NCBI GenBank assembly: GCA_026014565.1
Contig: JAOZIB010000026.1
Span: 13,829-77,828 of the forward strand
DNA: 64,000 nt
DNA from: Candidatus Bathyarchaeum sp.
Lineage (GTDB): Archaea > Thermoproteota > Bathyarchaeia > Bathyarchaeales > Bathyarchaeaceae
Direction of reading: 5' to 3'
Shown here: piece by piece, positions 33,101-41,047 of the stretch
How the letters are laid out: each line of letters starts with the position of its first letter
Numbering within the stretch: the stretch's first letter is position 1
Notes under the pieces: model-generated
What the model was told of the DNA's origin: nothing
Seen by the model: the letters and a program-made list of their open reading frames with translations, nothing else
Databases searched by the model: none
Program-made: the position numbers and the translations under genes

Positions 33101-33872
33101 ACGAGTATCTGAAGGCGTTGACGCCGAACAAGCCAGAGATGAAGCCCATTATCGTGTTTTTGGTGACCGCCCAGGAGCTTATGGTTGTGGAGTGAGCACA
33201 TTAGTAAGTTCCCAGAAGTGGGAAACCCAAGAAGACCTCAGTGACGTCTATATTTCTTGGGGCAGTTATGCTTACAGTAAGAAAGTTTATGGACGTTCGG
33301 TGCCTGAGCGGTTTAAGGCCCGCCTTAGCCAGATTCAAGCAACAGTAAAGAACCAAGATTCACGCGAATACGACATACTTGACTGCGACGACTGGTACGA
33401 CGTTCATGGAGGTATGATTGTGTCAGTTAAAACCTTGAGCGGGAAGGTTCCACGCTCTTTTTGTGGAGACAGCTCCGACCCCAACAGGGTAAAAGTTAGA
33501 ACCACTGCCGAAGAGACATGTCATGTTTTTCGTACCCGCCTTTTGAATCCGAAATGGATTGACAGCATGGTTCGCCATGGTTACGCGGGCGCGGGCACTC
33601 TTTCTAAGACTTTGGATGACGTTATGGGCTGGGACGCCACCGTCGAAGTTGTTGAAGATTGGATGTATGAAGACCTTGCTAACAAGTATGTTCTGGACAA
33701 AAAAATGCAAGAGTGGCTCAAAGACGTCAACCCATACGCTTTGCAAAATATGGTTGAGCGCCTTTTAGAAACCATAAACCGAAATCTATGGAACGCAACC
33801 GAAGAAATGAAAAAAGAACTCCAGCGCCTTTATCTAGAAATTGAAGGCGTAATAGAAGGGGCAAACGAATAA
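30180..33872 (+). CDS. cobN: CobN/Mg-chelatase H family large subunit, paralogue 2 (stand-alone)
   Basis: 1230 aa, TTG start preceded by AAAGGAGG. It is collinear with the 11552..15292 product and shares its blocks: IIFHNYPPRND, HVGTHGSLEWLPGK, GEGTQAKRRSY and NQDSREYDILD. The C-terminal 70 aa are nearly identical between the two. Confidence 0.9.
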   Translation: MTQLKLAFVATMITDTVPLVSAVESVNQKFGNVVKVRLQTGIADQDFDNMEEFIDFAKNSHVAIVHLMGEFPAYDRFVSTLQDAKVPLLIVSPNKNQPSVCTVEPKDKQQVVKYLRYNGKQNFENLLLYLANRFTGSSYEVCPPKKIQWEGIYHPDFEGTITLQEYETRIAPDKPTVGILFHTTQLRGENTSFVNSLITAVEAHGANVVTVSYMNNIQKTIETCFMKNGKPIIDAVVSVLCFSLTSSNTKASEALTKLNVPVIKAITTVNSFENWQEDMQGLNFMDIPASVVMPEFDGFLITVPMAAMDYNKINSLTGTKILQFEPIPERVDKVARLGVNWAKLKSIPNSKRKVAIIFHNYPPRNDTIGKAFAIDTPVSILNLLTDMKNVGYTLDSIPESGQELIDGIINGLTNDLRWLSTEELAKRAVGKTSTKQYTEWFNELPSDAKQTMQNKWGKPPGKLFSYQNNLIVPGILNGNVFLGLQPSRGPLGDDSESYHSPDLSLSHHYYGYYRWIRNVFKADVVIHVGTHGSLEWLPGKSVGLSASCFPDATISDLPNVYPYVITNPGEGTQAKRRSYCCIVDYLIPVMHNADSYEETAELEVQLQDYYHAKLADKEKVPVLQKVIWETVVSGKLDKDLEVTKKSAFADFDEFLETLHAYLHDLADAQLRDGLHTLGQPPTDERLEEFLVTLTRLSNGSAPSLRQSLAELKGYDYEDLLANKGKLRSDGKTNGDVIKEMNGIALELMKQFNANGFEETKIDDIMQQILGCCSPKVKECLVYVANFLVPCLEKTTDELGNVMSAFEGGYVPPGPSGSITRGMADILPTGKNFYSIDPRAVPSPASWRVGIALAEGLLERYLKEEGSYPESVGTILWATDTMKTKGDDLAEILYLMGVKPIWEESSGRVVGVEAIPLEELNRPRVDVTVRISGLFRDTFPNIVHLLDDAVALVAGLDEGSDKNFVRKHVENEVSERVSEGVDAEQARDEAHYRVFGDRPGAYGCGVSTLVSSQKWETQEDLSDVYISWGSYAYSKKVYGRSVPERFKARLSQIQATVKNQDSREYDILDCDDWYDVHGGMIVSVKTLSGKVPRSFCGDSSDPNRVKVRTTAEETCHVFRTRLLNPKWIDSMVRHGYAGAGTLSKTLDDVMGWDATVEVVEDWMYEDLANKYVLDKKMQEWLKDVNPYALQNMVERLLETINRNLWNATEEMKKELQRLYLEIEGVIEGANE

Positions 33873-33921
33873 AAATAGAATGATTTGATAAGGAAAGGGG
33901 TTATGCAAAATAATGTTAAAA

Positions 33922-34692
33922 TTATTTCGCTTCAACTAAAACGCTGATATCATTCAAATCATTCCAGCCCGTTATGAAATAACCATCAGGATCTAAAATT
34001 TGGCTAATATGTATCGAGTAGTTACCGGGTCCATAATAGAATGAATCTGGTGGGGCAACAAAAAAATCCCCCACTCCATTGACTTCGAAGTGTTCTCCTA
34101 TTGAAACACCTCCTAACTCTCCAAACAGAGAGTCAATTGAAATTGTGAAGTGTCCGTGGAATGCAGTTCCATTTAAGTAATATATGCTTGCACTACCATG
34201 AATTGAGTCAGTATAAGAATGGATTGTCTTGTTGACTGAAAGTTCAATTTGGAAATCATCTATTGTAGCAAATTTTCTAGCAGGTGCATTAATCAGTTTG
34301 TAATCTGCTAATAATTCGTCATATTCTTCAAGTAGGTCTTGATAATTTTGGTTCAAGTCATTTAGTTGGTTTTGAATGTCCGTAGCTTGGTTTTGGAGAG
34401 TGGTATATTGGGAATTGGAAAAAGTGTGATTTGTTACGTAATTTTCGTAAGTTTGGGTAAGTTCTTCGTAGCTATTCATTAGGTCGTTGTATTCAGTGTT
34501 TATGTGGCTGTGATTGTTTTTGTATTCTTGAAATGTTGAATTCAAGGATTCAAAATTGTTTTTTAAAGCTTCAATTTGTTGGTCAAGGGAACTAATGTTT
34601 GAATCATTCTGGGCGATAACAAAATAAAGAGTGACATTTAGAACAAGACTAAATATCAAAGCTATGGTGACAATAATCAAGTTTTTTTTCAT
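33922..34692 (-). CDS. Membrane-anchored hypothetical protein: N-terminal TM, Asn/Gln-rich coiled coil with many N-x-S/T sequons, C-terminal globular domain
   Basis: KKNLIIVTIALIFSLVLNV is the signal/anchor. It is followed by heptad-like NDLNQNYQDLLEEYDELLADY. At least 9 N-x-S/T sites are present. No family was recognised. Confidence 0.55.
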   Translation of the reverse strand: MKKNLIIVTIALIFSLVLNVTLYFVIAQNDSNISSLDQQIEALKNNFESLNSTFQEYKNNHSHINTEYNDLMNSYEELTQTYENYVTNHTFSNSQYTTLQNQATDIQNQLNDLNQNYQDLLEEYDELLADYKLINAPARKFATIDDFQIELSVNKTIHSYTDSIHGSASIYYLNGTAFHGHFTISIDSLFGELGGVSIGEHFEVNGVGDFFVAPPDSFYYGPGNYSIHISQILDPDGYFITGWNDLNDISVLVEAK

Positions 34693-34921
34693 TGTAGTTC
34701 CTCAAACCTAACTTAATATTTACATCAATGAAGATTTTTGAATCTATTAATCGTTTTTTCTGTTTAAAACTTTTTCAGTAACGAATTATGGATTTTTTAT
34801 GAAAAATTGTGCAGTAAAAAAAATAAAATGTTTTTTGGATTGTTTTTTAAATTGAGGCTTAAAACAGGTTTAAGTTAGGGGTAAAAAAGGGAGAGGTTTG
34901 ATGAAGGACTGAAATCTTTTG

Positions 34922-35791
34922 TTAGGTAAGGCTGATTAGAATGATTCCCATAATAATTAAAAGTGCATTTGCAATAAGGGTGATTGAAATTTTTTCGATT
35001 TTTCTGAGGAATATATAGCTGAACAATAATATGAAAAGCAGTTCAGTTTGGAGCAAGGGCACAATTATGGAAACCATCTCTTGGCTCAGGGCAAAAAATG
35101 ATAGTAACCATCCAATTGCGATTCCTACTCCAGATCTCCAGAACAGTTTGAGATCTTTTTTTGTATATTTTGAAGGGGCATCAGGTTTAGAAAATGCTAA
35201 CACTATCAAGTAAAAAATTAGTGAGGCACTGTATCCTACTGCAACGCCCAGAAGGGGTTGGTTGTATAGGTTCAGTCCTTCTTTTCTGATGATTGATGAA
35301 AAGGCTACGAGTAATGATCCTGTTACGGGAATTAGCAGTCCTTTTGTTGTTGCTTGGCTGGTTGGTGAGTTTTTGTTTGATATTTTGCCAATAATCAGTA
35401 CCCCTGTGGTGATGCATACGAGTCCAATCCAGTTTTCTGTTGTTATTACTTCGCCCAGAAAACTAACGGCAATAATTGTTGTGTAAAGGGGGTATGTTGA
35501 AAATATGGTTGAGTTTGCAGATATTCCTACTGTTTTCATTCCTTTGAAGTATACCAGTCGGGCAACTCCTGGAGCAAGAAAACCTGCAATCAGAAAAAAC
35601 ACGATTCCTTCAGGGTTTAGCTTGCTAAAATCAGTAAATAGTATAGCCAAGGGCCAAAGAACAATGTTGCCCATTATTGTTACGGTTACGGAAGTGTTAA
35701 GGTAGTTTGATTGTTCAATGTTTTTTCTTATTAATATTTGTGAAGCCGCAAAAGCCACAGAAGACAACAACGCCAAAACAATTGGTAACAT
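34922..35791 (-). CDS. EamA/DMT-family transporter
   Basis: Ten hydrophobic segments in two similar halves. The length of 289 aa is typical for DMT carriers. Confidence 0.75.
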   Translation of the reverse strand: MLPIVLALLSSVAFAASQILIRKNIEQSNYLNTSVTVTIMGNIVLWPLAILFTDFSKLNPEGIVFFLIAGFLAPGVARLVYFKGMKTVGISANSTIFSTYPLYTTIIAVSFLGEVITTENWIGLVCITTGVLIIGKISNKNSPTSQATTKGLLIPVTGSLLVAFSSIIRKEGLNLYNQPLLGVAVGYSASLIFYLIVLAFSKPDAPSKYTKKDLKLFWRSGVGIAIGWLLSFFALSQEMVSIIVPLLQTELLFILLFSYIFLRKIEKISITLIANALLIIMGIILISLT

Positions 35792-36034
35792 ACAGCCTCA
35801 AACACGCAAAGAACATTATTAAACAAAACTATTAACAGCTTAAAGAAAAAATACTGTTTAACGCAATGATAGGAAATCTAAAGAGCCTTAAAAAGGATTA
35901 AAACGTATTTTGACTAATAAATGGATCATAAAAAGTCTTTATTTTAATCCTCGAAAACAGTACAAATTTGAATTCAGTTTCTGAAGGTATAAATTTAGGT
36001 GTTCCCATTTTTTAGTTGGATGGAAAATTAAGTT

Positions 36035-36541
36035 TTGCTGGATCGGTTAAAAATAGTTGCTTCAATAAAAAATTCGAAAAATAGATCTGAAGTTGAATTT
36101 TACAATAGATACTCAATTTTCGTTTTTGAAAGTTTAAAAAAACCACATTTTCAAAGGTATCTTAATTGGATATTAAAAAGAGAAAAAATTGACAAAGAAA
36201 AAATTAGAAACGTTCAGATCAGGGTGTTTCCGTTCATTAAAAAAAATGGTAATGGATTGGCTGGAAGGTGCTACACTAAAAAAGGAGAGATTTTGTTGTA
36301 CCCTAAGAGGCAAAAATCATGTCAAAAGATAAAACAAAGAACAGACGCAAAAGGTTTTTTGAAAGTTCTTAAGGGTCGAGCGAGAGCGGCTTTAATCCAT
36401 GAAATACTACACATTAAATACAAAAAAGATGAACGAAAAGTAAAGAGCCTTACCAAAAAATATTACGTAAATTTTTATGAGAAACTTGGTTCTAATCCAT
36501 CAGTTTTTGAAAAACATTGCAAACTGATTTTTAATTACTAA
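36035..36541 (+). CDS. Basic hypothetical protein with an HExxH motif (possible small metallopeptidase-like protein)
   Basis: TTG start. The only recognisable feature is ALIHEILHIKY (HEILH). The protein is very Lys-rich. Weak call. Confidence 0.4.
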   Translation: MLDRLKIVASIKNSKNRSEVEFYNRYSIFVFESLKKPHFQRYLNWILKREKIDKEKIRNVQIRVFPFIKKNGNGLAGRCYTKKGEILLYPKRQKSCQKIKQRTDAKGFLKVLKGRARAALIHEILHIKYKKDERKVKSLTKKYYVNFYEKLGSNPSVFEKHCKLIFNY

Positions 36542-37064
36542 AAACAAGATTTTAATCAAAGAACAACACTTGAAAGTGACTAACTACCAACAGGTTTAGT
36601 ATAAATTAGGTTACATTTTTTGGAAGGATTTTCATTTTAAATTGTGATTTTAGTTTCATGAAGACTAAATTAGGGCATAGTTAAATTTTGTAAAAATGTT
36701 GATTAAAGTAGTTTTTGTTGTGTCATTCATTGCGTCTTTTAGGGCTACTTTTTCAGCATTTACGAATCTGCCCCCAAGGAAATTAATTTTTGAAATTTTT
36801 GGAAATCCCCCAGCGGATTACATGATGTTTGGAAGTTCCGCAGAACTGGTCATGTCAGCAACAATGAAGGGAATTCTTTAGTCAGCAATTATTGTGTTGG
36901 GGCATTCGTTGTAGAAAACCCATTGTCAAAAAGTCCGATGCAACTCAAAAGATTGGCATGAAATAACTGAGGGAGCAAAAATGACAGGTTTTGAATGTGG
37001 TTGTGGAAAAAACACATTCAAAAAAACACGTATAACCATAAAAGCATAAAGACCATGAATTCTT

Positions 37065-38132
37065 TCATTTTTTGTTTTTTACTTTTCCAAAAAAGTTAGT
37101 TTTTGAGGAGGCCTCTTGTGAAGAGGCTCTTGCGTCAGCGGCTTCAGTTCGGTCAATTGAAACATAAGCAATTTCATGAGCATGGTGTTGTACTTGTTCA
37201 AGACTATCAAAAATCAAACGAAGGTTTGCTTGAACCAAACTGGAAAGTTCTGATTCTCCCGAAAGTTTCAGGCACTGGCTCCATAAATCATCAAAATTTA
37301 TGCATACATCTAAGACATTGTTTGCCAAGGGAATGTCTTTATTCAGCAGAGCCTGCACGGAATCATCATACAGTTTTTGGATTGATTTGCCGGTTTTAAC
37401 TAAAAGAGTGGAAATCTCTTGGGGCAACTGTTTACCAGTTAGTGAATCGATATTTTTTGCAATCTTATTCAAGTTACCAGTTATTTCCGAAGTTACATGA
37501 AGGATTTGAAGATAATCCACACAATCAATCAGGGGAATGGAATCATTCTGGGAGGGTTTGGGAAAAAGAATGGAACTTCGTAACAAACGGTTAGTAACCA
37601 TAAGAAGTCGTTTAATGTCACGGGTTCTGCGAGTTAATCCTTTGATTAGGTCAACATTTTGGTTTTCTACCGCTGAAATTGTTTCGCTCCACATTGAAAT
37701 TATTACGTTATGTATTCTAGTTACAGCTTTATTGACGGGCATAGTTTGTTTTAGCAAGCAAACAATAATCATCGTGTTTCCGGTTACTTCAATTAGTTCT
37801 AATCCAAACAGGCTGTCAATTGTTTCCCGAATAGAATCGTGTTGGTCTTCCGTAAAAGTGGTTTCAGTTTTTACTTTGATGGTGTCGAAACCATCCAAAT
37901 AAGCTCCAATAATTCCCCGTTTAAGGGATTGACTGGAGCTTTTACGAGTGACATTCAATGTTATTTCCCGTCTTTGATTGTTGAGCTGAGGATAAATTGA
38001 AATGGACCCGTCTTGTTGGGTGAGTAATGTTACTTTTTCACCATGGTTCAGATTCAAATGGTCAGTCCAAGATTTAGGAATCGAAACATAAAGAGTGTTG
38101 CCAATTTTCTGGATTTTTCGCGTCTCTGACAT
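37065..38132 (-). CDS. AbrB/SpoVT-domain + PhoU-domain regulator (archaeal PhoU-like)
   Basis: The likely start is MSETRK (ATG at 38132). IQKIGNTLYVSIPKSWTDHLNLNHGEKVTL is an AbrB-type swapped hairpin. The rest is helical PhoU-like repeats. Confidence 0.75.
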   Translation of the reverse strand: MSETRKIQKIGNTLYVSIPKSWTDHLNLNHGEKVTLLTQQDGSISIYPQLNNQRREITLNVTRKSSSQSLKRGIIGAYLDGFDTIKVKTETTFTEDQHDSIRETIDSLFGLELIEVTGNTMIIVCLLKQTMPVNKAVTRIHNVIISMWSETISAVENQNVDLIKGLTRRTRDIKRLLMVTNRLLRSSILFPKPSQNDSIPLIDCVDYLQILHVTSEITGNLNKIAKNIDSLTGKQLPQEISTLLVKTGKSIQKLYDDSVQALLNKDIPLANNVLDVCINFDDLWSQCLKLSGESELSSLVQANLRLIFDSLEQVQHHAHEIAYVSIDRTEAADARASSQEASSKTNFFGKVKNKK

Positions 38133-38398
38133 GTAAAGAGATCTCCAATTTAAATTAAAGTACAATTATTTAATTTGATTGATTGTATTTAAGTTATTCC
38201 ATCACATATAAATAGTTATACGAAAAGTTTAAATCTATTAGTTTCCCTCCGAGGAGAAAAACAGGAAAAGGTTAAGGCGTGCTCAAGAAGAAAACTGCAA
38301 TCACTAACACGCAAAAAATTGTTTCGGTGACACAGCATGCGAGACATCTAACTGAGCAAAACGTCATCAACAATTACAAAATCTTAGGAGACTAAAAA

Positions 38399-39598
38399 AT
38401 GGAAATATTAGCAATTGTACCCATCATTCTCATTGCAGCATTCATACTTGGTGAAATGTTCAAAAGAATTGGATTACCATCCGTTGTTGGACAAATTATC
38501 GCAGGACTATTGTTTGGAATTCCCGCAATCAAAGAAGTTGTTTTTGGTGAAGGTTCCGCCCTCATAATAATAGATTTCATGGCAACTCTTGGAGTGCTAC
38601 TTCTTTTGTTCCTCGCAGGATTAGAAATTGAAATTGACAAAATAAAAGAAACATCAAGAGATTCAATCCTTGTGTCACTCAGTTCGGCATTGGTACCCTT
38701 TGGACTGGGATTTTTGTTCATTACATTTGCTTTCCCAGAATACGGCTTTTTGTCTGCACTAATTTTTGGAGGAGCAATGATGGTTACATCAGAAGGAACC
38801 AAAGTAAAAGTACTGATGGACCTAAACTGCCTGAACACTCGACTGGGAGCAATAATGCTAGCGGCAGGAGCAATAGATGACATTTTCGAAGTTTTGTTTT
38901 TGTCCATTGTTGTAATCTTCGCCAAAGGAGGAAGCTTATTTGATTTGGCAATGATTCCAGTAGAAATCATAATCTTCCTCATAATCGCTTACATATCATT
39001 CAAAATAATGTCTAAAGTCATCCAAAACCTAGACAAACCCGGAGAAGAAACAGGATTATTCTCAATAGTAATGATATTCATCTTACTTCTAGCAGCACTT
39101 TCCGAAAGCTTGAACGTAGGTTATTTGATAGGTTCAATTCTTGGTGGATTCTTGCTACAAATCTCCTTAAGAAACATTAGTGAAGAAAACAAAACCAAAA
39201 TGCTCAGTGTTGTTAAACTTATTGCATTAGGCTTTATTGTTCCATTCTTTTTTGTTAACGTTGGATTATCCTTTGACCTAACTACAATATCTTCGAACCT
39301 GCCCTTAATTGCAGTTACAATCGCAATTGCATTCTTTGGAAAAATGATAGGAACCCTGATAATCAAACCAGTCTCCACATTAAGTTGGAAACAACTATAC
39401 TACATGGGATGGGCAATGAACTCGAGAGGTGCAGCCGAGCTGGTAATTGCATTAATTGCCATGCAATACAATTTAATTTCTCTGGAAATCTTTTCAGCAC
39501 TAGTAGCAATGAGCATAGCAACTACACTGATATTTCCTCCAGTTCTCGCCCGAGGAATAAAAAAGAATCCAGGATTAATGGATGCAAAAGAAATATAG
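38399..39598 (+). CDS. Cation:proton antiporter, CPA2 (Kef/NapA-like) family
   Basis: About 12 TM segments. LPSVVGQIIAGLLFG and LLFLAGLEIEIDKI are characteristic Na_H_exchanger motifs. Confidence 0.85.
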   Translation: MEILAIVPIILIAAFILGEMFKRIGLPSVVGQIIAGLLFGIPAIKEVVFGEGSALIIIDFMATLGVLLLLFLAGLEIEIDKIKETSRDSILVSLSSALVPFGLGFLFITFAFPEYGFLSALIFGGAMMVTSEGTKVKVLMDLNCLNTRLGAIMLAAGAIDDIFEVLFLSIVVIFAKGGSLFDLAMIPVEIIIFLIIAYISFKIMSKVIQNLDKPGEETGLFSIVMIFILLLAALSESLNVGYLIGSILGGFLLQISLRNISEENKTKMLSVVKLIALGFIVPFFFVNVGLSFDLTTISSNLPLIAVTIAIAFFGKMIGTLIIKPVSTLSWKQLYYMGWAMNSRGAAELVIALIAMQYNLISLEIFSALVAMSIATTLIFPPVLARGIKKNPGLMDAKEI

Positions 39599-39654
39599 AA
39601 AAAATTAAAGCAACAAACAATTTAATGAACATAAGGAATGAAGGGAAAAAACAG

Positions 39655-40041
39655 ATGAAACAAAATTTAAAAATTCTAGTAGGCGTTGACGGCTCAGACA
39701 ATTCTACATGGGCACTAATGGAGGCAATCAGTATTGCAAAGAAGTTCTCAGGGCACATAAAAGTAATAACAGTTTATAAACAAGGCAAAAAAGACGAAGC
39801 AACAAAAACTCAAACTAAAATAAAACAACTCTTAGACGAAGAACAAATTGATTCAAACTTATCAGCAATTCTTGGTTCCAACCCTGCTCGAGCCTTAGTT
39901 GATACCGCAGAAAACGAAAAAATAGACCTGATAGTAGTGGGCAGCCGAGGACTTGGTAACGCTGCATCTTTCATACTAGGTAGTGTTTCAAAAAAGGTTG
40001 TTTCCAAAGCAAGTTGTAATGTTCTTGTAATAAAAAAATAG
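39655..40041 (+). CDS. Universal stress protein (single UspA domain)
   Basis: The track ORF 39385.. overlaps the antiporter gene. The domain starts at MKQNLKILVGVDGSDNS and ends with VVGSRGLGN..LGSVSKKVV..CNVLVIK. An alternative start is ATG 39625. Confidence 0.8.
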   Translation: MKQNLKILVGVDGSDNSTWALMEAISIAKKFSGHIKVITVYKQGKKDEATKTQTKIKQLLDEEQIDSNLSAILGSNPARALVDTAENEKIDLIVVGSRGLGNAASFILGSVSKKVVSKASCNVLVIKK

Positions 40042-40107
40042 GTCACTAACAACTCAATTGTTAACAAAAAATTAGAAGAAAACCAGTAACAAACAATTTG
40101 TTACGGT

Positions 40108-40989
40108 CTATTTAACTATCAAAACTGAGCTTCGTGCATGCATGCTTATGTCATCACTTACACTACCAAGCAAATATCGACCAACACTGCTTAATCCTCT
40201 GCTTCCTACGGCGATGATGTCAACGTTTGCTTTTTTGCCTACTTTTATTATAACTTCTGCAGGACTACCAAGTTCCATCATTTTATCTATTGGAATCCCT
40301 TGAGTTTTTTGTGAAGCGTCTTTAAGGATGCATTCCCCAACGGTTCCAAGGCAATCAACCACCTGAGGTCCACCAATACGAACTAGTTTGTCCTCTTCAA
40401 CGTGCAACAGTGCCAAACTTGCGTCGTACTTCTTTGCCAGTTCAACGGAGTAGTTAAGGGCTTTTTCTGCATGTTTAGAACCGTCAACAGCCACAAGTAT
40501 TCGTTTGAGTTTGGGTTTTTTCTTAACTATAAGAACAGGACATGCTGAATGCCGAGCAACTTTTTCTGTTACACTTCCCAAGGAATATCGAGCGGATTGG
40601 TTGTCAGCGCGGTTTCCGATGACAACTAAATCGTATTTTTCTTTTTTAATAAAGTCAAGCAAGAATTCTGCAGGGTCTTCGTGGGTGACTAGCTGGGCAT
40701 CAACTGCGATTTTTTTCTCTTCAAATAGTTCTTTGGCGTTTTTTATGATTTTTTTGCCAGCATCCATGTAAGACTCGTCAAGTTTGTGTAAAATGGAGTG
40801 AGGCAACTGATACTGTGCCTTGAGTTCAGGGTGCATAAAATCGTGGGAAATTACATGAACAACTGTTACTTTTGAGTTGAATTTTTTAGCGATAGAAATA
40901 GCAAAAAGTTTAGCATGCAGACATGAATGTGAACCATCTACGGGCACAAGAATTTTCTGAAAAATTTGTTGACTGGTCATTATTGTCAC
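40108..40989 (-). CDS. Tandem universal stress protein (two UspA domains)
   Basis: Two copies of the ..ILVPVDGS.. / ..GNR/GSRG....LGSV(T/S)..V...A.C.VLIVK pattern. Confidence 0.85.
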   Translation of the reverse strand: MTIMTSQQIFQKILVPVDGSHSCLHAKLFAISIAKKFNSKVTVVHVISHDFMHPELKAQYQLPHSILHKLDESYMDAGKKIIKNAKELFEEKKIAVDAQLVTHEDPAEFLLDFIKKEKYDLVVIGNRADNQSARYSLGSVTEKVARHSACPVLIVKKKPKLKRILVAVDGSKHAEKALNYSVELAKKYDASLALLHVEEDKLVRIGGPQVVDCLGTVGECILKDASQKTQGIPIDKMMELGSPAEVIIKVGKKANVDIIAVGSRGLSSVGRYLLGSVSDDISMHARSSVLIVK

Positions 40990-41047
40990 ATATACTCCTA
41001 GATTCTAATCTGTATTTTAAGTTTCTTAAATTAAAAAAGTGGATAAA

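Noticed and set aside
35108-35115. Additional TTGGATGG octamers (minus strand at 35108-35115 inside the EamA gene, plus strand at 36016-36023)
   Set aside because: Neither has the inverted ATCCAA partner at the 5-nt spacing, and one is intragenic. They are treated as chance occurrences and not counted as operator sites.
39385-39654. N-terminal 90 codons of the 218-aa USP track ORF. Similar upstream extensions occur at cbiG (7223-7309), nikR (25710-25772), the PhoU-like gene (38133-38165), the 61063 ORF and the DGGGPS gene (62852-62887).
   Set aside because: The extensions overlap the preceding gene or intergenic DNA and lack family similarity. Internal starts coincide with the beginning of the conserved domain and usually have a GGAG-like element upstream.
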